Counted from the first letter of the stretch, positions 9,307 to 19,295 are shown. The stretch: DNA of 38,647 nucleotides from a virus (IMGVR_UViG_3300020381_000016:1-38647); one strand, 5' to 3'. Notes: a model not told the origin generated them from the sequence alone. Numbers and translations are program-made.

Positions 9307-10781
9307 CCCACCTGATTATCAAAAAGAAGAATGAAGTCTTCGTCACAATAGATTCAGAGCAACATGTTTATCATGAACTCTCTGATCATTTTACGTTTGA
9401 AGTGCCTGGCGCTAAGTTCATGCCGCAATATCGTAATAAGTATTGGGATGGAAAGATAAGACTTTTTGATATGAAGAAGAATGAGATATACACAGGTCTT
9501 GTGGATCGGGTGATATCATTTTGTAATCGAAAAGGATATACTTATGAGTTTGAAGGTAGTAAATTTTATGGATTGCCACTTGAAGAGAATGAGATGATAT
9601 CGCCAGAGGGTGTCACTGATTATACAAAGAGTATATCAAAACACAAACCCAGGCCATATCAGATCATGGGTATTCATGATGCCCTGAGACATAATCGTAA
9701 ATTGTTACTGTCACCAACTGCATCTGGTAAGTCATTGATGATCTATGCGATCACAAGATATCATGTTGAAAATAATCGTAGAATCTTAATTGTAGTTCCA
9801 ACAACATCTCTTGTTGAACAAATGTATAAAGATTTTGAGGATTATGGTTGGGACGTTGAAAGTTATTGTCATCGAGTATATGCAGGGAAAGATAAACATA
9901 GTGATTACAGTGTAACCATTACAACATGGCAATCGATTTATAAATTAGATCGAAAATATTTTAATGACTTCAATGTAGTCATAGGAGATGAAGCACATCT
10001 ATTTAAATCAAAATCTTTAGTAAGTATCATGACAAAGATGCTTGATTGCAAGTATCGATATGGTTTTACAGGAACACTTGACGGAACACAAACTCATAAG
10101 TGGGTATTAGAAGGATTGTTTGGCCCTACCTATAAGATCATTCGTACAGATGAGTTAATGAAGAAAGGATATCTATCAAAATTAAATATCAAAGTTTTAA
10201 CTCTTAAACATCCAGCAAGAAAGTTTGAGAACTATGAAGATGAAATACAATATTTAATCACACATACACAGAGAAATAATTTTATTAAAAACTTAACTCT
10301 TGATCAAAAAGGAAATACACTCATATTATATACGAGAGTCGAGACACATGGACTACCCTTGTTTGATCTCATAAATAGTAACAAGGAAGAAAATAGAAAA
10401 TGTTTCTTTGTTCACGGAGGAGTTGATACTGAGGATCGAGAACAAGTTCGCACAATCACAGAAAAAGAAGAAAATGCAATTATCATTGCCTCTTACGGCA
10501 CCTTCTCAACAGGAATTAACATTAAAAATCTTCACAACGTCATATTCGCATCGCCAAACAAATCAAAAATCAGAAACTTACAAAGCATAGGTCGAGTTTT
10601 AAGAAAGGGTGACAATAAAATTAAAGCAACTCTATTTGATATTGCTGATGATATTACATACGGATCTTCCAAAAACTATACTTTAAATCACATGATGGAG
10701 AGAGTCAAAATATATAATGAAGAAAACTTCAATTATGAAATGCTTACAATACCTTTAAAAAAATGTCAGATAAATTATTAG
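9303..10781 (+). CDS. uvsW: SF2 DNA helicase UvsW
   Basis: SPTASGKS, DEAH, TGT and QSIGRVLR motifs. Confidence 0.96.
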   Translation: MTHLIIKKKNEVFVTIDSEQHVYHELSDHFTFEVPGAKFMPQYRNKYWDGKIRLFDMKKNEIYTGLVDRVISFCNRKGYTYEFEGSKFYGLPLEENEMISPEGVTDYTKSISKHKPRPYQIMGIHDALRHNRKLLLSPTASGKSLMIYAITRYHVENNRRILIVVPTTSLVEQMYKDFEDYGWDVESYCHRVYAGKDKHSDYSVTITTWQSIYKLDRKYFNDFNVVIGDEAHLFKSKSLVSIMTKMLDCKYRYGFTGTLDGTQTHKWVLEGLFGPTYKIIRTDELMKKGYLSKLNIKVLTLKHPARKFENYEDEIQYLITHTQRNNFIKNLTLDQKGNTLILYTRVETHGLPLFDLINSNKEENRKCFFVHGGVDTEDREQVRTITEKEENAIIIASYGTFSTGINIKNLHNVIFASPNKSKIRNLQSIGRVLRKGDNKIKATLFDIADDITYGSSKNYTLNHMMERVKIYNEENFNYEMLTIPLKKCQINY

Positions 10782-11164
10782 CGGTTGTAAAATTAACAAC
10801 AGGTGAGGAAGTTATTGCAAAAATGGACATGGTAAGAGATCTCGATCTCATTTACCTTGAATGTCCAGCAATGATAGTTCATTCAAACTTTTCTCGGAAA
10901 CCTGGCGTCAGTGTTATTAAAATCGAACCTTGGATAAAAACAGGTCGAGGAAAGACATATATAGTGGAGATGAGTAACATTATTACAACATCTGAGGTTT
11001 CTGATAAAGAGATTATTGATACTTATAATAAATTTGTAAAAGCATATTATGAGACAGACGAGATTATTAAGAAACCAAAAACAAAGATGACAAAGGAAAT
11101 GGGTTATATATCTAACGTTAAAGATGCTCGTAAAAGCCTAGAGAATATCTTTAAGAATAGCTAA
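10763..11164 (+). CDS. Conserved cyanophage hypothetical protein (possible Sm-like fold)
   Basis: N-terminal VKLTTGEEVIA motif; lies between uvsW and gp55. Confidence 0.75.
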   Translation: MSDKLLAVVKLTTGEEVIAKMDMVRDLDLIYLECPAMIVHSNFSRKPGVSVIKIEPWIKTGRGKTYIVEMSNIITTSEVSDKEIIDTYNKFVKAYYETDEIIKKPKTKMTKEMGYISNVKDARKSLENIFKNS

Positions 11165-11214
11165 GCCCTTCCTTTGAACCTCTACAAAGGTTATTGTAAC
11201 TGTTTTTAGAGGCC

Positions 11215-11243
11215 TTGTCAAGCGTTGTAAAATAGTGTATAAT
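11215..11243 (+). promoter_or_regulatory. Sigma70-type promoter for gp55
   Basis: TTGTCA (11215-11220), 17 bp, TATAAT (11238-11243). Confidence 0.75.
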
Positions 11244-11278
11244 AATATTATGAATAATAAACATTATTAACATATTTC

Positions 11279-11755
11279 ATGGCAAGAAAAAGATCGGAAC
11301 ACTATGTAAATAACAAAGAGTTCCTTGCCGCTATTGTAGAATACAAAGACAAAGTTGCCTTAGCTGCAGAGAGAGGTGAAGCGAAACCTCGTATTACCAA
11401 TTACCTTGGTGAGTGTTTTTTAAAGATAGCAACTCACTTATCCTTTAAACCTAACTTTGTAAACTATATGTTTAAAGATGATATGGTATGTGATGGTATT
11501 GAAAACTGCGTTCAATATATTAATAATTTTAATCCAGAGAAATCTAAGAATCCATTTGCATACTTTACACAAATCATACACTATGCATTCTTAAGAAGAA
11601 TTCAAAAAGAAAAGAAACAGTTAGAAATAAAAACTAAAATTATAGAAAGATCTGGCTATGAAGAAGTCATGGTTGTCGAAGAAGGTGCAGGCGGAACATC
11701 CTCTGATTATAATCAAATTAAAGATGCAGTGCAAACAAGGATGAACTATCAGTGA
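11279..11755 (+). CDS. gp55: Late transcription sigma factor (T4 gp55)
   Basis: HYVNNKEF, NFVNYMFKDDM and NPFAYFTQIIHYAFLRRIQKEKKQ motifs. Confidence 0.96.
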   Translation: MARKRSEHYVNNKEFLAAIVEYKDKVALAAERGEAKPRITNYLGECFLKIATHLSFKPNFVNYMFKDDMVCDGIENCVQYINNFNPEKSKNPFAYFTQIIHYAFLRRIQKEKKQLEIKTKIIERSGYEEVMVVEEGAGGTSSDYNQIKDAVQTRMNYQ

Positions 11756-12792
11756 AGATTGCCATTATTACAGACCAACATTTTGGTGCTAGAAAAAACT
11801 CTAAGCTTTTCCATGATTACTTTCTAAAATTCTACGAAGATATATTCTTTCCAACTTTAATCAAAGAAGGTATCACCACGATCATTGACATGGGTGATAC
11901 ATTTGATAGCCGTAAGGGTGTTGATTTTGTATCATTAGAGTGGGCAAAAAATAATTATTACGATAGGTTAGAAGAATTAGGAATTACTATTCATACTATT
12001 ATTGGAAATCATACTGCATATTATAAGAATACAAATGATCTAACTGGTGTTGGTCTCTTTCTGAGAGAGTATGATAATGTTAAGATATATTCCGAAACTG
12101 AAGAAGTTAAGATTGATAAGACAAAGTTTTTATTTGTGCCATGGATCAATTCTGAAAACAAACAAAAATCCTTTGATATTATTCAAAATAGTGATTCCCC
12201 ATGTGTAATGGGTCATCTTGAATTAAATGGATTCAGAATGCATCGTGGATATGATATGACTGATGGAATGGATGTTGATGTATTTCAAAAATTTGATCGA
12301 GTTTATTCTGGACATTTTCATACAAGATCAAATGATGGTAAGATATTTTACCTAGGCAATCCATATGAGATGTATTGGAATGATGTAGATGATACAAGAG
12401 GATTTCATTTATTTGATACAGATACTTTAGAACATACTCCAGTTAATAATCCATATCAACTATTTCATAATCTATATTATGAAGATACACCACATCAAAT
12501 GTTAGACATTACAAAGTATGATCAGAAAATACTTAAGGTAATTGTTCGCAAAAAATCAGATCCAAAACAATTTGAAAAGTATATTGATAAATTATATTCA
12601 TCAAACTTATCAGAACTTAAGATTGTTGAGAACTTTGATTTTACAGAGGGAGAGGAGTTTGAAGCGGATGAATCTGAGGATACAATATCTTTATTAAATA
12701 GATATATACAGGAGTCTGAAGTTGATTTAGATAAATCTGTGATTACAAATATACTTCAAGACGTTTATAAGGAGGCCTGTGAGGTTGAGTAA
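11752..12792 (+). CDS. gp47: Recombination nuclease subunit, Mre11/SbcD-like (T4 gp47)
   Basis: Metallophosphoesterase motifs DQHFG, GDTFD, GNH and SGHFH; GTG start. Confidence 0.95.
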   Translation: MKIAIITDQHFGARKNSKLFHDYFLKFYEDIFFPTLIKEGITTIIDMGDTFDSRKGVDFVSLEWAKNNYYDRLEELGITIHTIIGNHTAYYKNTNDLTGVGLFLREYDNVKIYSETEEVKIDKTKFLFVPWINSENKQKSFDIIQNSDSPCVMGHLELNGFRMHRGYDMTDGMDVDVFQKFDRVYSGHFHTRSNDGKIFYLGNPYEMYWNDVDDTRGFHLFDTDTLEHTPVNNPYQLFHNLYYEDTPHQMLDITKYDQKILKVIVRKKSDPKQFEKYIDKLYSSNLSELKIVENFDFTEGEEFEADESEDTISLLNRYIQESEVDLDKSVITNILQDVYKEACEVE

Positions 12793-13079
12793 TGTTTATC
12801 TTAGCGGTTAAAGGATTTGAAGAAGATGGTGCATTCTCTCTTGAGAATGATGATGGAGAGAAAATTCTTATAATGTTTGAAGAAGAGGATGATGCGGATA
12901 GGTATGCTGAGTTAATATCGATTGAGGATGAATATCCAGAAATGAGTGTAATCGAGGTTGATGATTTTGTTGCAATGCAAGCTTGCGAAAATCATGATTA
13001 CATGTATAATATAATTAGACCAGAAGATATCGTGGTTCCACCAAAGAATGATTTGTTTCAAAAAGATAAAATGGCGTAA
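12792..13079 (+). CDS. Acidic hypothetical protein, DUF3110-like (cyanobacterial-type)
   Basis: MFEEEDDADRYA...VVPP resembles the cyanobacterial DUF3110 family as recalled; not searched. Confidence 0.6.
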   Translation: MFILAVKGFEEDGAFSLENDDGEKILIMFEEEDDADRYAELISIEDEYPEMSVIEVDDFVAMQACENHDYMYNIIRPEDIVVPPKNDLFQKDKMA

Positions 13080-14757
13080 TTTGCTGTCTACTGGTAATCA
13101 GTGGACTGAGATTGACTTAAACAAAAAATCGAATACAGTAATTATAGGGACAAATGGTGCTGGTAAATCTACCATGTTAGATGCACTTACATTTGTTTTG
13201 TTTAATAAACCTTTTCGTAAGATTAATAAATCACAACTCGTTAACGCTACTAACGAGAAAGATTGTGTAGTTGAACTTGACTTTGAGATAGGATCAACAG
13301 AATGGCTTATTCGCAGAGGTATCAAACCAAATAAATTTGAAATTCATCGAAACGGACAAATGATGAATCAATCTTCTGCTGCAAATGATCAACAGAAATG
13401 GCTTGAACAAAATGTAATCAAGATGAATTATAAATCTTTCACACAAATTGTAATTTTGGGATCATCTACGTTTGTGCCTTTTATGCAATTGTCAGGAACG
13501 AATCGTAGAGAAGTCATTGAGGATCTTTTGGATATCAAAATATTCTCTGCAATGAATACAATTATAAAAGAAAAGATAAGAGATATCAAAGATAAAGTTA
13601 GAACACTAGAATTAAAGAAAACTTCACTGAAAGAAAAGTCACAGATGCAACAGGACTTTATGGATGAAATTGAAAAGAGAGGAAAGGATAGAATACAATC
13701 AAAAAGAAAAAAGATAGGAACATTAGTATATGATGCAGATACTTGTGTTTCATCAAATCGTGAAATGGAAAATAACTTTGAAGATTTAATTAAGGAACAA
13801 GAGAAGTTTGTAGGTGCTGGTAAAAAACTTAAAGAGTTGGGAAATCTAAAAGGTAAGATATCAAACAAGGCGTCAACTGTAAAGAAAGAACATAAATTCT
13901 TTTCAAAAAATACGGTATGTCCTACTTGCACACAAGATATTAATGAAGAGTTAAGGCTAAATAAACTTGACGAAGCCCAACAAAAAGCAAAAGAACTACA
14001 ATCTGGTTATCAAGAACTAGAAAAGGCAATAGAAAACGAAGAAGAAAGGGAACGTCAATTCTTACAACTCTCTAAGGACACATCAAAACTCACTAATGAA
14101 ATTTCTCAAAACAACGTTAAGATATCTGGCTACCAAAACCAGATCCGAGAACTTGAATCAGAAATTCAAACTATTACCAGTCAACTTGAAAACAGAAATT
14201 CTGAACATGAGAAACTAACTACATTTAAACAAAATCTAAAAGAGACTTATGACTCTTTAGGAGAGAAGAAACAAGAAATACTACATCATGACTTTGCCTA
14301 TTCACTTCTCAAGGATGGTGGCGTAAAGTCCAAAATCATCAAAAAGTATCTACCACTTATCAATCAACAGGTTAATAAGTATCTCAGGATGATGGACTTC
14401 TATATTAATTTCAAACTTGATGAAGAGTTCAATGAGACTATTCAATCTCCTATTCATGAGGACTTCTCATACTCATCCTTCAGTGAAGGTGAGAAGATGA
14501 GAATTGATCTAGCGCTTCTCTTCACTTGGAGAGAGGTTGCTAGATTTAAAAACTCTGTAAATACAAATCTACTTATCATGGATGAAGTATTTGATAGTTC
14601 GCTTGATGGATTTGGGACAGAAGAATTTTTAAAGATAGTTAAATATGTAATCAAGGATGCCAACGTATTTGTTATATCTCACAAACAATCTCTACATGAT
14701 AGATTTGAAGATTTGATACAGTTTGAAAAGGTCAAAGGATTTAGTCGTATAACATAA
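13048..14757 (+). CDS. gp46: Recombination ATPase, Rad50/SbcC-like (T4 gp46)
   Basis: Walker A GTNGAGKST, CPTC zinc hook, FSEGE signature, LIMDEVFDSSLD. Confidence 0.96.
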   Translation: MICFKKIKWRNLLSTGNQWTEIDLNKKSNTVIIGTNGAGKSTMLDALTFVLFNKPFRKINKSQLVNATNEKDCVVELDFEIGSTEWLIRRGIKPNKFEIHRNGQMMNQSSAANDQQKWLEQNVIKMNYKSFTQIVILGSSTFVPFMQLSGTNRREVIEDLLDIKIFSAMNTIIKEKIRDIKDKVRTLELKKTSLKEKSQMQQDFMDEIEKRGKDRIQSKRKKIGTLVYDADTCVSSNREMENNFEDLIKEQEKFVGAGKKLKELGNLKGKISNKASTVKKEHKFFSKNTVCPTCTQDINEELRLNKLDEAQQKAKELQSGYQELEKAIENEEERERQFLQLSKDTSKLTNEISQNNVKISGYQNQIRELESEIQTITSQLENRNSEHEKLTTFKQNLKETYDSLGEKKQEILHHDFAYSLLKDGGVKSKIIKKYLPLINQQVNKYLRMMDFYINFKLDEEFNETIQSPIHEDFSYSSFSEGEKMRIDLALLFTWREVARFKNSVNTNLLIMDEVFDSSLDGFGTEEFLKIVKYVIKDANVFVISHKQSLHDRFEDLIQFEKVKGFSRIT

Positions 14758-14782
14758 ATAAAATTAAAGTTCGGTAATCCGC

Positions 14783-15037
14783 ATGTTGTTAGATGAGGCT
14801 TGTCACTCACTTAAGTTAGAATGTGCATTAAGAGATTTAGGTTTTGTTGACATTGGTTGGAAGTGCGTAGCACACGCAGGGATATTTTTTATTCAACCAG
14901 TAGGATTTCCAGATTATCCTGATGGAGAACTCTTAGGATTTTCTTTGACACTACCTAACACTCATGATATGCGTAGAGTTCGTTTAATGCGAACTGCAAA
15001 GAGAGCATTAGATTATGCAACAGGTGTGGACGATTAA
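14783..15037 (+). CDS. Hypothetical protein
   Basis: 84-aa ORF filling the gap; late promoter variant CATAAATA at 14753-14760. Confidence 0.65.
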   Translation: MLLDEACHSLKLECALRDLGFVDIGWKCVAHAGIFFIQPVGFPDYPDGELLGFSLTLPNTHDMRRVRLMRTAKRALDYATGVDD

Positions 15038-15084
15038 ATTAGTGGCACAATCACTGTTTCTATTTTGTGATGAGGAATTATAAT
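15028..15084 (+). promoter_or_regulatory. Putative early promoter with upstream GAC..TTAA...AG..GCACAA element
   Basis: 23-nt element at 15028-15050 and TATAAT at 15079-15084; same layout at 18088-18145. Confidence 0.6.
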
Positions 15085-15107
15085 AAGGACATATAAGAGA
15101 GGTTTTG

Positions 15108-17240
15108 ATGTCCATCCAACAAGAAATTAAATCACAACTTGCTAAGTTACTTGCTACAGAAGATCTAATTGTAGAACACAAACAAGTCGAGACTGCAAGT
15201 TTCAATGTCGAGACAAGAGTTTTAGTTCTTCCACTATGGGAGAAGGCATCGAGTGAAGTATATGATATGTTAGTTGCTCATGAAGTTGGTCATGCATTGT
15301 TTACTCCTAATGAAGATTGGACAGAGAGATATCCAGAGATACCACCATCATTTGTAAACATAGTTGAAGATGCTCGTATTGAAAAGTTGATGAAGCGTAA
15401 GTATGCTGGTCTTCCTAAGACATTCTTCAAGGGATACAAAGAACTGCAAGGAATGGACTTCTTTAAGTTGAATGATATAGATGTGAATAAGATGGGTATC
15501 GCTGATAGAATCAATTTATATTTCAAGGTTGGTAACTTTATTGACATTGACTTCAATGATTATGAAAAGACTCTCGTGAGTATGGTCAAGTCAGCAGAAA
15601 CTTTTGATGAGGTTCTAGAATATTCACTTGTTATCTGGGAGTATGCTAAAGAAGAATTAGAACAGAAGAAGAAAGAACAGCAAGAGATAGAAGAGATGAA
15701 GGCTAAGTTGGAAATGGAAGATGGTGATGGTGATAATGATCAAGAGTATCAAACTACAACTCAAGGTGATGAAGGAGACTCAGAGAAGAGTGATAAAGAA
15801 GATGGTGAAGATGATGACGGTCTAGATTATGAAGACGAAGTATATTCAAAAGGTGGTATGATTCTTGGTGACGAACCAAAGGCTGAGACTGTTGAGAATC
15901 TTGAAGAGTCACTTAAGGATTTGGTAAATCAAGCTGGTCGTGAGACACTCTATGTTGAGAAACCAAATGACTTAGATCTTGATAAAGTTATTATTCCTAA
16001 CTGGTTCATACATAAAAATATTGATTTTGAGTGGCGTGAAAATACATCAGAAGATTTTCTTAATGCTGATAATGAGTTTGATGAGTTTAGAAAATCTGCA
16101 AGAAAAGAAGTCAACTATCTTGTTAAAGAGTTTGAGATGAAGAAGTCTGCATCTGCTTACGCTCGTGCTGCAACTGCAAGAACAGGAATGCTTGATATGT
16201 CAAAACTTCACACATATCAATACTGTGAGGATATCTTCAAGAAAGTTACAGTTCTTCCTGATGGTAAGAATCACGGATTACTATTCATACTTGATTGGTC
16301 TGGTTCAATGAGTGCTATCATGAAGGATACAATCAAACAGTTATACAACCTAATTTGGTTTTGTCGTAAGGTTCAGATTCCGTTTGAGGTTTATGCTTTC
16401 ACAAATGGTTATCCGTATCATGGGAATGAATCACGTTACACAGCAAAGAGTAATATGATTTGTGTTGAAGATTCATTTGCTCTTATGAGTTTATTCTCAT
16501 CTAAAGTCAATGTTAGAACTCTAGATCATCAGATGAGAAACATCTATCGTATTGCAACTAGATTTGGTTACTACAATGTTTCTTGGGATGAGAGAGATAG
16601 ATTTCAAGTTCCTATCGGCATGGCTTTATCAGGCACTCCACTTGATGAATCTTTGATTTGTTTACATCAAATCATTCCTCAGTTCAAAAAAGATAATAAG
16701 GTTGAGAAAGTTCAATGTGTTGTTCTTACTGATGGTGAAGCTTATACACCTTGTTATCATAAAGAGGTTAAACGTGATTGGGAAGAGAATCCATATATGG
16801 GTAGAAATGCAATCTGGTCTGGAACATTTGTTCGTGACCGTAAACTTGGTAAGACATATCGTATTAAAGATTCTAATTATGGAATGACCGAAGTTTTACT
16901 TGAGAATCTTAAAGATACTTTTCCAACTGTAAACTTCATTGGTATTCGTCTGATACCTAGTCGTGAAGCTGGTAGTTTCATTCGTAGATATCATGGATGG
17001 TCTGATTCTGAGTATAATAAAATCATGAAAGGTTGGAAGAAGAACAGGTCTGTTTCAATCAAAGCATCTGCATATGATACTTACTTTGGACTATCAACAA
17101 CTGCACTAGCGATGGATGATGAGTTTGAAGTCAAAGAAGATGCAACAAAATCAGAGATCAAGAGAGCATTTGGTAAGAGTCTTAAGGGTAAAAAGATGAA
17201 CAAAAAGATTCTCAGTGAGTTTATTGAGTTGGTTGCTTGA
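15108..17240 (+). CDS. CobT-like protein: N-terminal HExxH domain plus VWA domain; partner of the MoxR-type AAA ATPase
   Basis: HEVGH, NIVEDARIE, acidic linker, MIDAS motifs LDWSGS...GTPL...LTDGE. ATG at 15108 follows GAGAGG. Confidence 0.88.
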   Translation: MSIQQEIKSQLAKLLATEDLIVEHKQVETASFNVETRVLVLPLWEKASSEVYDMLVAHEVGHALFTPNEDWTERYPEIPPSFVNIVEDARIEKLMKRKYAGLPKTFFKGYKELQGMDFFKLNDIDVNKMGIADRINLYFKVGNFIDIDFNDYEKTLVSMVKSAETFDEVLEYSLVIWEYAKEELEQKKKEQQEIEEMKAKLEMEDGDGDNDQEYQTTTQGDEGDSEKSDKEDGEDDDGLDYEDEVYSKGGMILGDEPKAETVENLEESLKDLVNQAGRETLYVEKPNDLDLDKVIIPNWFIHKNIDFEWRENTSEDFLNADNEFDEFRKSARKEVNYLVKEFEMKKSASAYARAATARTGMLDMSKLHTYQYCEDIFKKVTVLPDGKNHGLLFILDWSGSMSAIMKDTIKQLYNLIWFCRKVQIPFEVYAFTNGYPYHGNESRYTAKSNMICVEDSFALMSLFSSKVNVRTLDHQMRNIYRIATRFGYYNVSWDERDRFQVPIGMALSGTPLDESLICLHQIIPQFKKDNKVEKVQCVVLTDGEAYTPCYHKEVKRDWEENPYMGRNAIWSGTFVRDRKLGKTYRIKDSNYGMTEVLLENLKDTFPTVNFIGIRLIPSREAGSFIRRYHGWSDSEYNKIMKGWKKNRSVSIKASAYDTYFGLSTTALAMDDEFEVKEDATKSEIKRAFGKSLKGKKMNKKILSEFIELVA

Positions 17241-17268
17241 CTAAATAATTTTAAATTTAAAAATAAAG

Positions 17269-18087
17269 ATGGATCATAGAATTGCAAAAGACATGATTTC
17301 CAGTGGTATGACACCATCTGGTGAGAAGAACAAAGAAGATTTGAGTAGAACACAGTATGGTTCTACTCCATCTCCTAGTAAGTTGATGGATGCTTATAAG
17401 TCAATGTATGAACACCACCAAAAGGATAAGGATGGTAATACAATTCCTCATGAAGGTGAAGAATTAAATGAAGGTCTAGGAACAGTCGCTGGTGGAACTA
17501 TTGGATATCAAAAGGGTGGAGTAAAAGGAGCTATTGTTGGTGGAACTGCTGGAGCGATAATTGATAAAATGGGAAAGAAAAAGAAACCAGAGGTAAAGGA
17601 AGATAAAGAACAAGTAAATGAAATATTAGGAATGGCCGCAGGCGCTCTTGCAGCAAAAGCAGGTCTTGGTTTGAAGGGAGTTATGGCAGCTGGTGCTGCT
17701 GGATCAGCTGCTGGAGCAGCGGCTAAATCACTTAGAAAAAATCCGATACAAAAGAAAGTGTCAACAATTAGTGCTGGTGCTGATTTGTTTGATATTGTAA
17801 AAGGTAAATTACTTGATGAAGGACTTACTGAAAAGGAATCTCTAGATGTGATGTTAAGTTTGACTTTAGAAGAAATTGATGAAGCACTTCAATTAGATGA
17901 GATTACTGCTGGACTTTTGATGAAGGCTGCTAAGGCTGCTGAAGTTGCAAGAGGAAAGGCTGCAGTCATGGGTAACAAACCACTTGCAATGAAAAAATTG
18001 GGTCAAGGAGAAAAATTCTATAAAGGAGCAGTTGCAAAGAAAAAGGCCGCTGGACAGATGGGTGCTGGATATAAAGAAGGCATGTAA
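17269..18087 (+). CDS. Putative internal virion protein with Gly/Ala/Lys-rich modules
   Basis: Late promoter variant ACTAAATA at 17240-17247, own terminator, LMDAYKSMYE motif, repeated (L/V)xE sites. Confidence 0.7.
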   Translation: MDHRIAKDMISSGMTPSGEKNKEDLSRTQYGSTPSPSKLMDAYKSMYEHHQKDKDGNTIPHEGEELNEGLGTVAGGTIGYQKGGVKGAIVGGTAGAIIDKMGKKKKPEVKEDKEQVNEILGMAAGALAAKAGLGLKGVMAAGAAGSAAGAAAKSLRKNPIQKKVSTISAGADLFDIVKGKLLDEGLTEKESLDVMLSLTLEEIDEALQLDEITAGLLMKAAKAAEVARGKAAVMGNKPLAMKKLGQGEKFYKGAVAKKKAAGQMGAGYKEGM

Positions 18088-18145
18088 AGACAGTTAACAA
18101 AGCTGCACAAGAGAGGCTTACAGCCTCTCTTTTTTTGTCTATAAT
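18088..18145 (+). promoter_or_regulatory. Putative early promoter for cobS, second copy of the GCACAA element
   Basis: AGACAGTTAACAAAGCTGCACAA at 18088-18110 and TATAAT at 18140-18145. Confidence 0.6.
18109..18136 (+). terminator. Rho-independent terminator
   Basis: AAGAGAGGCT-TAC-AGCCTCTCTT perfect stem followed by a T run. Confidence 0.85.
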
Positions 18146-18170
18146 TGATATATAGACACAAGAGAAAAAA

Positions 18171-19295
18171 ATGTTCCAACCAGTCGTGAAAAAATCAGAA
18201 TTGATCTCAGATCTTCAAAATCTTTTCGGATCAACAATTACTACAGCCGATGTCAAAGGATATTGTGCATCTAATGGCTATAAGTATTACACCATCACTC
18301 GTTATTTAAAAGAGTTTAAAGTAACTCGTGGTAAGTGGAATCTTAAAGTCACACCTAAAAAAGTTGCTGAGATCGAAAGATCATTTGAAGCACCTTCAGT
18401 GTTACCTACAACACAGCAAACCCTTATTCCTACTAAAGATGATACTTTCGTCCAGTTCGGTAGTTTTCAAGATGTTAAAAAGATTATTCAGTCTCGTCTT
18501 TTCTACCCTACTTTTATCACTGGTCTATCTGGAAATGGTAAAACATTTTCTGTAGAACAGGCCTGTGCAACTCTCAAAAGAGAACTTATTCGTGTAAACA
18601 TTACTATTGAAACAGATGAAGATGATCTCATTGGTGGATTCCGTTTACTCAACGGGCAAACTGTTTGGCATAATGGCCCGATCATCGAGGCCTTGGAGCG
18701 CGGCTCGATTCTATTGCTTGACGAACTTGACTTGGCTTCCAACAAGATTCTTTGCCTTCAATCAGTCTTGGAAGGAAAAGGAGTCTTTCTCAAGAAGATT
18801 GGAAGGTATGTAAAACCAGCGCCAGGTTTCAACATTGTTGCGACTGCAAATACAAAAGGTAAAGGATCTGAGGATGGTAGATTTATCGGTACTAATGTAT
18901 TGAACGAAGCATTCCTAGAAAGATTCCCTGTCACATTTGAACAAGAGTATCCAAGTGTGAAGACTGAGTTCAAGATTCTTAAAGGTCTTGCTGCAACTCT
19001 GAATATCAAAGATGACGATTTCTGTCAGAGACTTGTTGATTGGGGTGATATTATCCGTAAGACATTCTATGATGGTGGTATCGAAGAGATCATCTCAACT
19101 CGTAGACTCGTTCACATTATTCGTGCATATGCAATCTTCAAGAACAAAGCAAAGGCAATTGAAGTTTGTGTTAACCGTTTCGATGATGAGACCAAACAAG
19201 CATTCATGGAGTTGTATGACAAAGTAGATGCTGATGTTGAGTTTGAAAAAGCAGAAGACAAAGCATATGAGGTTGACGCAACACCAAAGGCCTGA
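18171..19295 (+). CDS. cobS: CobS-like MoxR-family AAA+ ATPase
   Basis: Walker A GLSGNGKT, Walker B LLLDE, ATANTKG, NEAFLERF and STRRL motifs. Confidence 0.92.
   Translation: MFQPVVKKSELISDLQNLFGSTITTADVKGYCASNGYKYYTITRYLKEFKVTRGKWNLKVTPKKVAEIERSFEAPSVLPTTQQTLIPTKDDTFVQFGSFQDVKKIIQSRLFYPTFITGLSGNGKTFSVEQACATLKRELIRVNITIETDEDDLIGGFRLLNGQTVWHNGPIIEALERGSILLLDELDLASNKILCLQSVLEGKGVFLKKIGRYVKPAPGFNIVATANTKGKGSEDGRFIGTNVLNEAFLERFPVTFEQEYPSVKTEFKILKGLAATLNIKDDDFCQRLVDWGDIIRKTFYDGGIEEIISTRRLVHIIRAYAIFKNKAKAIEVCVNRFDDETKQAFMELYDKVDADVEFEKAEDKAYEVDATPKA

Noticed and set aside
10370-10377. CATAAATA late-promoter-like word inside uvsW
   Set aside because: About 390 nt from the next start; such words arise by chance in AT-rich DNA and there is no other support.
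18171-19295. cobS as evidence of cobalamin biosynthesis
   Set aside because: Only generic MoxR AAA+ motifs are present, and there is no cobN or other cob gene in the window.
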